DNA of 11,502 bases. Origin: Clostridia bacterium. Lineage in GTDB: Bacteria; Bacillota; Clostridia; TANB77; CAG-508. The notes beneath the pieces are model-generated. The model was not told where the DNA came from, made no database searches, and was given only the letters and a program-made list of their open reading frames with translations. Positions 1 through 5,711 of this stretch are shown in pieces. A program made the translations under genes and the position numbers. The stretch lies in NCBI GenBank assembly GCA_045602065.1, contig JAZSAX010000027.1, forward strand, positions 1 to 11,502, read 5' to 3'. Each line of letters begins with the position of its first letter. Within the stretch, counting starts at the first letter, position 1.

Positions 1-64
1 ATATATGCTTTTTTTATTTTATTATTACTTTGCAAAAATTTTTACAAATTTTTTAAAAAAAGAC

Positions 65-93
65 TTGAATATTGTAAAATTTAATATTATAAT
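65..93 (+). promoter_or_regulatory. Putative sigma-A type promoter for the 127..606 gene
   Basis: TTGAAT (65-70), a 17-nt spacer, then TATAAT (88-93). A GAAGGAG Shine-Dalgarno lies at 110-116, before the ATG at 127. Confidence 0.4.
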
Positions 94-126
94 ATCACTA
101 ACAAAAGATGAAGGAGTTTTTAAAAA

Positions 127-606
127 ATGGAGCTAACTAAAAACATATTTTTTAACACAGACAAATTAGTTGAAAATAGTAAAGTAAAAATTTCATATAC
201 AGGTGATTTATTTCAAAATGCATCTACAGATGTGTCTATTCATTATGGTTTTGGACCAAACTGGGATAATGTAAGTGATGCAAAAATGGAAAAAACAGAA
301 CTTGGCTTTCAAATAGAAGTCGAGCTTATTTCTAGTGATTTATTTAATTTCTGTTTTTATAATGAAAATGGAGAGTGGGATAATAATTCTGGAAATAACT
401 ATGTATTCCAAATCGAGAAAAAACCTGTAGAATTAATAGTATTAGATGATGAACCAGTATCATTAGGAAGTGCAAGAAAATTAAGAAGATCATATATTTG
501 GAGCAAAAAAGTACGTTTGGCAGTATATAAAATTATTACATATCTACCAAAAATAATTTCTGGAAATTATAGAAAAAAAGCTTCAACAGAAACAAGTGAA
601 AATTAA
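127..606 (+). CDS. Small cytosolic protein with a CBM25/CBM53-like (starch/glycogen-binding) N-terminal module and a basic C-terminal tail
   Basis: 159-aa ORF with an SD upstream. The N-terminal ~100 aa carry the aromatic-rich signature HYGFGPNWDNV...GFQIEV...FCFYNENGEWDNNSGNNYVF; the WDNNxGxNY element is typical of CBM25/53 starch-binding modules as I recall them. The C-terminal ~55 aa are basic and amphipathic (RKLRRSYIWSKKVRLAVYKIITYLPK). No signal peptide is present. Assignment is by motif memory only. Confidence 0.45.
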   Translation: MELTKNIFFNTDKLVENSKVKISYTGDLFQNASTDVSIHYGFGPNWDNVSDAKMEKTELGFQIEVELISSDLFNFCFYNENGEWDNNSGNNYVFQIEKKPVELIVLDDEPVSLGSARKLRRSYIWSKKVRLAVYKIITYLPKIISGNYRKKASTETSEN

Positions 607-611
607 TTGAT

Positions 612-641
612 AAAACCGGAACTTTGAATGTTTCCGGTTTT
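612..641. terminator. Bidirectional rho-independent terminator between convergent genes
   Basis: Perfect 10-bp stem aaaaccggaa (612-621) / ttccggtttt (632-641) with a 10-nt loop. It is flanked by A-runs and T-runs on both sides. It lies 5 nt after the stop at 604-606 and 8 nt after the minus-strand stop at 650-652. Confidence 0.75.
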
Positions 642-649
642 TATGTTTT

Positions 650-1363
650 TTAAATTATTACCCAACCGCCATTTATAGAAATAACTTGGCCTGTTGTATA
701 TTGGTCGTTAATTAACCATTCTACACATTTAGAAATATCAATTGTTTTACCCACTTTTTGTAATGGAATTTCATTTTTAATATTTTCAATATCCTCTTGT
801 GTTAAATTTTTATTCATATCTGTGTCTATTATTCCTGGCGCAATAGAATTCACCCTTATATTAGAAGGCCCTAATTCTTTAGCCAAAGATTTGGTCATCG
901 CATCAATTCCTGCTTTTGCAACAGAATAAACTGTTTCACATGATGCTCCTACAATTCCCCAAACTGATGAAATATTAATTATACATCCACATTTATTATA
1001 TATCATGTTTGGCAATACTTCTTGTGTTACACAAAAAGCGGAATATAAATTGGTATTAATTATTTTTTGCCAATCTTCATCTGTAACATCTGTAAATAGC
1101 TTACTTTCAGCTATTCCCGCATTATTAACTAATACATCGATTTTTCCATATTTATTTAAAATATATTCTACCATTTGTTTTACTTCTTGTCTTTTTGATA
1201 CATCTGCTTTATATATTTCTATATTTTTATTTTCTCTTTGCAAATTTTGAGCTTGTTCTTCTGATTTATTGTAATTTGCAATTACTATATTTCCATTTTG
1301 CGCTAAGTTTTTTGCAATTTCTCGTCCAATTCCTCTTGAAGCACCTGTTACAAGTATTATCAT
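650..1363 (-). CDS. Classical short-chain dehydrogenase/reductase (FabG-like 3-oxoacyl reductase family)
   Basis: SDR motifs are present: TGASRGIG (TGxxxGxG), NNAG, catalytic Ser plus YSVAKAG (YxxxK), and IAPGIIDT. The start is placed at ATG 1363 (MIILVTGAS...) because GGAGG lies 7 nt upstream on the minus strand. The track start at 1390 adds 9 aa without an SD. Confidence 0.85.
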   Translation of the reverse strand: MIILVTGASRGIGREIAKNLAQNGNIVIANYNKSEEQAQNLQRENKNIEIYKADVSKRQEVKQMVEYILNKYGKIDVLVNNAGIAESKLFTDVTDEDWQKIINTNLYSAFCVTQEVLPNMIYNKCGCIINISSVWGIVGASCETVYSVAKAGIDAMTKSLAKELGPSNIRVNSIAPGIIDTDMNKNLTQEDIENIKNEIPLQKVGKTIDISKCVEWLINDQYTTGQVISINGGWVII

Positions 1364-1434
1364 ATTAAAACCTCCAAATTTAATTAACACCCATTATTAT
1401 ATCACGTTTTTGTTGATTTTTCAATGTTTATGCT

Positions 1435-1464
1435 ATTGTTTTTTACATAATATTGTGTTATAAT
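1435..1464 (+). promoter_or_regulatory. Putative extended -10 promoter for the 1528..1905 gene
   Basis: TTGTTT (1435-1440), an 18-nt spacer, then TGtTATAAT (TG at 1456-1457, TATAAT at 1459-1464). The TTG at 1453 used by the ORF track lies inside this promoter. Confidence 0.5.
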
Positions 1465-1527
1465 ATTTTCATTGGGTTTATCCCAAAATCTTTGAAAGGT
1501 TTTTCAATGCCCAAAGGAGGAAACAAT

Positions 1528-1905
1528 ATGCCATTAATTTCAATCACACCTAAAAAGAATGTCGAACTCCTGCACAACACAATCTTAGAACTTCAGCAGA
1601 AATGTGAATCTTGTGATTTACTTCGGGAAAAGACAGTAAAAGAAATCTTTACATATGCTGTCAGCAACGATTATGTCACAGATGACGGTCCGGCAATGGT
1701 CGCTATTGCAAGCTATGATAATAATATCTATGCCATCCATGCCCCAGAATATCTTACAGATAAGCAATTCGTGGTTTTCGAATTTCTTCTCTGTAATATC
1801 GAACCCCAAGACGAAATCATTGTATTTTCTCAGAGCGCATATATTGCAGTTAAAAAGTACACTAACGGCAAAGTCAAACCCTATAACATATATTTATGTG
1901 TTTAA
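1528..1905 (+). CDS. Hypothetical protein (125 aa), compositionally atypical orphan
   Basis: The start is placed at ATG 1528 because AAAGGAGG (1513-1520) lies 7 nt upstream. The longer track ORF (1453) would start inside the promoter. I recognise no family motif. Five consecutive 60-nt lines, counted by hand, give 37-43% GC. CTC/CTG/GTC/GGC/CCG/GCC codons appear here and are scarce in neighbouring genes. Confidence 0.6.
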   Translation: MPLISITPKKNVELLHNTILELQQKCESCDLLREKTVKEIFTYAVSNDYVTDDGPAMVAIASYDNNIYAIHAPEYLTDKQFVVFEFLLCNIEPQDEIIVFSQSAYIAVKKYTNGKVKPYNIYLCV

Positions 1906-1910
1906 AAACT

Positions 1911-1955
1911 AAAACTCTCTCGGAATATTTCTGAGAGAGTTTTGTTCTTTGTTTT
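1911..1955. terminator. Rho-independent terminator (bidirectional potential)
   Basis: 11-bp perfect stem aaaactctctc (1911-1921) / gagagagtttt (1933-1943), extendable by G-U and G-C pairs. It is followed by gttctttgtttt on the plus strand and preceded by an A-run, which gives a T-run on the minus strand. Confidence 0.75.
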
Positions 1956-1959
1956 GAGC

Positions 1960-2003
1960 AAAATAAAAAGTCAATAATTAAGAGTATCCTCAAAACTATT
2001 GAC
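1960..2003 (-). terminator. Probable terminator of the tRNA operon
   Basis: On the minus strand, 6 nt after the tRNA-Thr CCA: GTCAATA (2003-1997) ... TATTGAC (1976-1970), with additional imperfect pairing inside. It is followed by TTTTTATTTT (complement of 1960-1969). Confidence 0.4.
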
Positions 2004-2009
2004 CTTATA

Positions 2010-2086
2010 TGGAGCCACTTCCCAGATTCGAACTGGGGACCCCCGCATTACAAGTGCGGTGCTCTGGCCAGCTGAGCTAAAGTGGC
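2010..2086 (-). tRNA. tRNA-Thr (anticodon UGU), CCA encoded
   Basis: The reverse complement folds by hand into a cloverleaf. Acceptor GCCACTT/AAGTGGC, D stem GCTC/GAGC, anticodon stem CCGCA/TGCGG with loop CTTGTAA, T stem CCCAG/CTGGG with loop TTCGAAT, discriminator T, then CCA. Confidence 0.93.
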
Positions 2087-2090
2087 GTTG

Positions 2091-2165
2091 TGGTGACCCC
2101 TACGGGAATCGAACCCATGTCTCCGCCGTGAAAGGGCGATGTCTTAACCGCTTGACCAAGGGGCC
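2091..2165 (-). tRNA. tRNA-Glu (anticodon UUC), CCA encoded
   Basis: Reverse complement is GGCCCCTTGGTCAAGCGGTTAAGACATCGCCCTTTCACGGCGGAGACATGGGTTCGATTCCCGTAGGGGTCACCA. The anticodon loop is CTTTCAC. This is a typical Firmicutes-type tRNA-Glu sequence. Only 4 nt separate it from tRNA-Thr. Confidence 0.93.
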
Positions 2166-2171
2166 ATATGG

Positions 2172-2200
2172 AGAATTCTAGTATTTAATACTAGAATTCT
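2172..2200. repeat. Perfect 13-bp inverted repeat (hairpin) in the tRNA-Lys/tRNA-Glu spacer
   Basis: agaattctagtat (2172-2184), tta, atactagaattct (2188-2200). It directly abuts the 3' CCA of tRNA-Lys (2201). No U-tract follows it on the minus strand. Confidence 0.9.
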
Positions 2201-2276
2201 TGGTGAGCTATCCGCGACTCGAACGCGGGACAACTTGATTAAAAGTCAAGTGCTCTACCACCTGAGCTAATAGCCC
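2201..2276 (-). tRNA. tRNA-Lys (anticodon UUU), CCA encoded
   Basis: Reverse complement is GGGCTATTAGCTCAGGTGGTAGAGCACTTGACTTTTAATCAAGTTGTCCCGCGTTCGAGTCGCGGATAGCTCACCA. Anticodon stem is CTTGA/TCAAG with loop CTTTTAA. Confidence 0.93.
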
Positions 2277-2304
2277 ATATGTTTGTGTCACACAACGCTT
2301 TTAT

Positions 2305-2333
2305 ATATTACACTATTTTTAATCAATTGTCAA
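2305..2333 (-). promoter_or_regulatory. Near-consensus sigma-A promoter of the tRNA operon
   Basis: The minus strand reads TTGACA (2333-2328), a 17-nt spacer, then TAATAT (2310-2305). This is about 29 nt upstream of the tRNA-Lys 5' end. Confidence 0.65.
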
Positions 2334-2359
2334 TACATTTTTCGAAATTTTTTTATTTT

Positions 2360-2545
2360 TTAAGCATTTAATTTTTCTACAACTTCATTAACATCTATTC
2401 CATGAACTTCACAAGCTTCTTCTAAAGTTTCCATTTGAGATGCAGGACATCCAATACAATGCATTCCACATTCCATTAATATTTCAGCTTTTTCTGGAGC
2501 AATTTGTAGTATTTCTCCTATTTTTGTATCTTTATCAAATTTCAT
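2360..2545 (-). CDS. DUF1858 / hybrid-cluster-protein-associated redox disulfide domain protein
   Basis: 61-aa ORF with a GGGAGG SD 5 nt upstream. The sequence MKFDKDTKIGEILQIAPEKAEILMECGMHCIGCPASQMETLEEACEVHGID matches the DUF1858 pattern as I recall it (GMxCxGCPxAxxETLEEAxxxHG). Confidence 0.8.
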   Translation of the reverse strand: MKFDKDTKIGEILQIAPEKAEILMECGMHCIGCPASQMETLEEACEVHGIDVNEVVEKLNA

Positions 2546-2602
2546 TTTAACCTCCCAATATTTATATTTTAAAAAATTTTATCATAATTTTTTAAAAAAG
2601 TA

Positions 2603-2631
2603 TAGACATTTTTAAAAAATTATTGTATTAT
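2603..2631 (+). promoter_or_regulatory. Putative promoter of the T4SS-like operon
   Basis: TAGACA (2603-2608), a 17-nt spacer, then TATTAT (2626-2631), with TG immediately upstream of the -10. It is divergent from the DUF1858 gene. The track's TTG start at 2623 lies inside it. Confidence 0.45.
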
Positions 2632-2652
2632 GTTTATCGAAAAAAGGCGGTG

Positions 2653-2805
2653 ATGATATTTAGCACATTAGTAACAATCTTTTTTATCATTTATATTATT
2701 AATTTTTTTATTACTTTATATTCAATTTATACATTTTTTGATATGAAATTTTTTCATAATCTACAAGGTTCTAAATTAAAAATCAAACAAAAAACGGAGG
2801 TATAA
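2653..2805 (+). CDS. Small single-pass membrane protein (about 50 aa), first gene of the T4SS-like operon
   Basis: MIFSTLVTIFFIIYIINFFITLYSIYTFF is one hydrophobic helix, followed by a basic tail (KLKIKQKTEV). AAAGG lies 5 nt upstream of ATG 2653. The 3' end contains the GGAGG that serves the next gene, and its stop abuts that gene's candidate start. It could instead be a non-coding leader. Confidence 0.35.
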   Translation: MIFSTLVTIFFIIYIINFFITLYSIYTFFDMKFFHNLQGSKLKIKQKTEV

Positions 2806-2843
2806 TTATAAAACGCTTTATATTTACTATCATATATTTATGT

Positions 2844-4484
2844 ATGACTTGTTTTTGTGCATGGCAACTTTTCTTTCCTATATTTAAGTCAGAAGAAATT
2901 ATTATTTCATTAGGGATTCATCCATTTGATATATGTTATGACAACCCTATCCTTTGGAAGTTTATTGAAACCAGTTTTTTTATTTTCTATATATTTGCGA
3001 ATTATATAATAATAAACTGCATTATTTTAAGATTTAATTTTTTCCCAAAACCTCATGAAATTAAAAAAATTGAAAATGAATATAATTCATCTTTACAATT
3101 ATTAATAGGTAAAGATATTTCTTCGAACAAAAAAGTTTATATTCCAGAATCTGGTTTATATCAAAATTTTTTAATAACGGGAACTATAGGTACAGGAAAA
3201 ACAAGTTCTGCAATGTATCCTTTTACAGAACAATTAATTAAATACAATTCTTTACATCCTAATAATAAATTGGGTATTTTAATATTAGATGTAAAAGGAA
3301 ATTATTTTAAACAAGTTCAAAAATTTGCATCAAAATATAAATTAGAAAAAGATATTATAGAAATCGGATTAAATTCGAAAACTAGATATAATCCATTATA
3401 TAAACCGAATCTAAATCCTCTAATTTTGGCAAATAGATTGAAAACGATATTGCTATTATTTTCAGAAAATAATAGTGAAAGTTTTTGGCTTGATAAAGCA
3501 GAACAAGTCTTAGCCGAATGCATTAAACTTTGTAGATTGTATAATAACGGCTATGTCACTTTTGTAGAGCTACACAAATTAATTACACAACCAGATTATT
3601 ATAAATCAAAAATAGAAGTATTAAAAAAATTATTTTGTGAGTCTAAATTTTCTCACAAGCAAATTTATGAGTTAAACACCGCATTAGAATTTTTTGAAAA
3701 AGAATTTAATTCACTAGATAGCCGTACTTTGGCTATTTTAAAATCAGAAATCTCTCGAATAACTAATGTTTTTATTTCCGATTACAATATTTGTAAGGTT
3801 TTTTGCCCAGACAAAAAAGATTTAAATTTCAAAGGTTTTAGTTCAATGTTGCAAAAGGGGAAAATAGTAGTTTTAAATATGAATATTGCAGAATATAAAA
3901 ATCTTTCAAAAATCATTGCAGCTTATTTAAAATTAGATTTCCAATCAGAGGTAATGTATAATTTGTCACATTCAATTGTGCATCCTTCAGCTTTTATTTG
4001 TGATGAATATGCAGAATATGCAACAAAAACTGATAGTGATTTTTTCTCACTTAGTAGAGAGGCAAAATGCATAAATATTGTGTCAACACAAAGTTATTCT
4101 TCTTTAAAAAATGCTTTAAAAGATGAAAATGCTGTAAAAGTGATTGTTCAAAATCTAATAAATAAACTGTGGTTTAGGACTGATGATATTTTTACTATTG
4201 AAGAAACACAAAAACAGTTAGGCAAAGAAGAAAAAACACATACTTCAAGAAGTATTTCTGAAAGTGCTAAAGAAACAAAATTTAACTATATAACAAATTC
4301 TTTGAATTCACAAAATTCTAGTATCACAGAAAGTTTTAACACATATACCCAGAAAGACTTTATCTATGATACAAATTTTTTCACACAAGACTTGGAAACA
4401 TTTTCAGCTCTAGCTTTTCTGTCAGATGGAACTCATATATTAAAACCTTCAAAATTGAAAATGTTTCCATATTTTAAAAACTAG
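2844..4484 (+). CDS. Type IV coupling protein-like P-loop ATPase (TrwB/TraD/VirD4 superfamily), membrane-anchored. The true start is probably upstream, at ATT 2805
   Basis: - N-terminal hydrophobic helices.
- Walker A: NFLITGTIGTGKTSS (GTIGTGKT at 3180-3203).
- ILILDVKGNY (compare the DPxGD/E motif of coupling proteins).
- Walker B: AFICDEYAEY (D387-E388 at 4002-4007).
- NIVSTQSYSSL (compare QSxxQL).
- WFRTDD...ETQKQLG.
- The motif order matches TrwB-type T4CPs when aligned by eye.
- The ATG at 2844 has no SD. Confidence 0.65.
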   Translation: MTCFCAWQLFFPIFKSEEIIISLGIHPFDICYDNPILWKFIETSFFIFYIFANYIIINCIILRFNFFPKPHEIKKIENEYNSSLQLLIGKDISSNKKVYIPESGLYQNFLITGTIGTGKTSSAMYPFTEQLIKYNSLHPNNKLGILILDVKGNYFKQVQKFASKYKLEKDIIEIGLNSKTRYNPLYKPNLNPLILANRLKTILLLFSENNSESFWLDKAEQVLAECIKLCRLYNNGYVTFVELHKLITQPDYYKSKIEVLKKLFCESKFSHKQIYELNTALEFFEKEFNSLDSRTLAILKSEISRITNVFISDYNICKVFCPDKKDLNFKGFSSMLQKGKIVVLNMNIAEYKNLSKIIAAYLKLDFQSEVMYNLSHSIVHPSAFICDEYAEYATKTDSDFFSLSREAKCINIVSTQSYSSLKNALKDENAVKVIVQNLINKLWFRTDDIFTIEETQKQLGKEEKTHTSRSISESAKETKFNYITNSLNSQNSSITESFNTYTQKDFIYDTNFFTQDLETFSALAFLSDGTHILKPSKLKMFPYFKN

Positions 4485-4497
4485 AAAGGATGATTTT

Positions 4498-4815
4498 ATG
4501 AAAAAAATATTGTTTATTTTTATTTTATTTTCTTATATTATTTTAATTTTATCAACAACAGTTTTGGGTGCAACACCTAAATTAGTAAACAAATTAAATT
4601 CCGCTTTTGAAGATATTGAAAGCTGGATAATAAAAATTTCTACACCAGCTGCCGCTGTCGCCGTTTGCTCAGGAGCTCTTATGAGAAAGTTTAGTTTTGG
4701 CGATGAAGAAAAAATTAGAACAGGAAAAAAATTGATTACAGGTTCGTTATTTTCTTATGGCTTTATTTTGGCTATAGATTTGATATTATCTGCAATTCAG
4801 TCACTAATTGGATAG
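4498..4815 (+). CDS. VirB2/TrbC-topology small secreted membrane protein (pilin-like)
   Basis: AAAGGA SD 7 nt upstream. Signal peptide MKKILFIFILFSYIILILSTTVLG|A. The mature ~81 aa have two hydrophobic segments (TPAAAVAVCSGALM and LITGSLFSYGFILAIDLILSAI) separated by a charged loop (RKFSFGDEEKIRTGKK). Confidence 0.45.
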   Translation: MKKILFIFILFSYIILILSTTVLGATPKLVNKLNSAFEDIESWIIKISTPAAAVAVCSGALMRKFSFGDEEKIRTGKKLITGSLFSYGFILAIDLILSAIQSLIG

Positions 4816-4823
4816 GTGATTAA

Positions 4824-5696
4824 ATGGAAAATTATTCAAATGTTACATCTACAATTCTTGAAACAATAAATACAATTCTAGGTAATTTATTTTCTTCAAT
4901 AGATAATAACGTATATACAGTTTTAGATGATATTACTTTTATAAGTTCTGATATAATTTATGATTCTTATTTTGAAAAAATTCTAGGAGCATCTGCTTCT
5001 AGTGGAATATTACTTATTGCAAATTCCTTAATTTCAGGTTTCATTTTATATTACTCAATTAAATATTTGTTAGCTCATTTTACTTATAAACCAACCGAAA
5101 GCCCTATGCAATTTTTATTTAAGGCAATCATATTTGGAATTTGTATTAATTTTTCATATTTTTTCATAGAAATATTTTTAGACCTAGTATCTAATATAAC
5201 TCTTGCTATTAGAGGAATTGGCGAAGAATTATTTCATAAAAATATATGTTTTTCTGAATTGATTTTAGAAATTAACAATACTATTTCTGTAGGTTCCTCT
5301 TCACTAGATGTTTTTTCACTAGATGGATTAATGAAGGCATCTCTTACAATATCATTATTAAATTTAGTTTTTACTTATTCTTTCAGATATATAATGGTTA
5401 AAATATTTATTTTACTTAGCCCTTTTGCACTTTTATCTCTAATGCTTGATTCAATGTCTTGGTTTTTTAAGTCTTGGTTAAAGAACTTGTTTTCTTTATT
5501 ATTTATACAAATTATAGTTTCTATTGTTTTGTTAATATTGTTTTCTATGGATTATTCATCTAATAATTTAATGACAAAATTTATTTATGTAGGTGCTATT
5601 TATGCACTTATAAAATCAAATTCTTTTGTCCGTGATTTTGTTGGTGGTGTTTCCACAACTTTCACCCAAAATGTGGAAAACCTTTTTAGAAAATAA
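4824..5696 (+). CDS. Polytopic membrane protein, VirB6/TrbL-like
   Basis: 290 aa. An AGGTG SD overlaps the preceding stop. There are 5-6 long hydrophobic segments, for example SGILLIANSLISGFILYYSIKYLL, FKAIIFGICINFSYFFIEIFLDLV, SLTISLLNLVFTYSFRYIMVKIFILLSPFALLSL, LFSLLFIQIIVSIVLLILF and FIYVGAIYALI. Its size, topology and position between VirB2-like and VirB3-like genes suggest VirB6/TrbL. Confidence 0.4.
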   Translation: MENYSNVTSTILETINTILGNLFSSIDNNVYTVLDDITFISSDIIYDSYFEKILGASASSGILLIANSLISGFILYYSIKYLLAHFTYKPTESPMQFLFKAIIFGICINFSYFFIEIFLDLVSNITLAIRGIGEELFHKNICFSELILEINNTISVGSSSLDVFSLDGLMKASLTISLLNLVFTYSFRYIMVKIFILLSPFALLSLMLDSMSWFFKSWLKNLFSLLFIQIIVSIVLLILFSMDYSSNNLMTKFIYVGAIYALIKSNSFVRDFVGGVSTTFTQNVENLFRK

Positions 5697-5711
5697 ACTT
5701 AGGAGGTGCTT

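Noticed and set aside
1005-1250. 81-aa plus-strand ORF antisense to the SDR gene
   Set aside because: It is a shadow ORF inside a gene with clear SDR motifs. It has low-complexity composition and no SD or promoter.
1453-1527. Longer N-terminal extensions proposed by the track: TTG 1453 for the orphan gene, TTG 2623 for the micro-ORF, GTG 5706 for the PrgI-like gene and ATG 1390 for the SDR
   Set aside because: TTG 1453 and TTG 2623 fall inside the predicted promoter elements, GTG 5706 overlaps its own SD (AGGAGG 5701-5706), and the ATG 1390 extension has no SD of its own. Downstream ATGs have properly spaced SDs.
1618-1912. ORFs 1618..1809 (-) and 1655..1912 (+), which overlap the 1528..1905 gene
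   Set aside because: These are alternative-frame or antisense ORFs with no SD. The 1528 frame has the strong AAAGGAGG SD, and the promoter and terminator bracket it.
1999-2181. 60-aa plus-strand ORF in the track
   Set aside because: It lies entirely antisense across tRNA-Thr and tRNA-Glu. Its GC-rich reading frame is an artefact of the tRNA sequences, and it has no SD.
2283-2295. Palindrome TTGTGT-C-ACACAA between the tRNA promoter -10 and tRNA-Lys, considered as a possible operator
   Set aside because: It has only 6-bp arms and a single occurrence, and no cognate regulator is evident. It is plausibly chance or part of the precursor leader.
3317-3523. 68-aa minus-strand ORF inside the coupling-protein gene. 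The same applies to 7562..7768 (-), 9414..9647 (+) and 10287..10502 (+)
   Set aside because: All are antisense shadow ORFs within genes that carry unmistakable family motifs (P-loop ATPase, DnaI-like, GyrA). Such ORFs are expected by chance in AT-rich DNA.
4218-4358. Ser/Thr/Asn/Gln-rich low-complexity stretch near the C-terminus of the ATPase, considered as a possible novel insertion
   Set aside because: TrwB-type coupling proteins have a variable polar segment at the equivalent position, between the ...LG motif and the C-terminal strand. AT-rich codon bias also inflates N, K and S content. It is not clearly an insertion.
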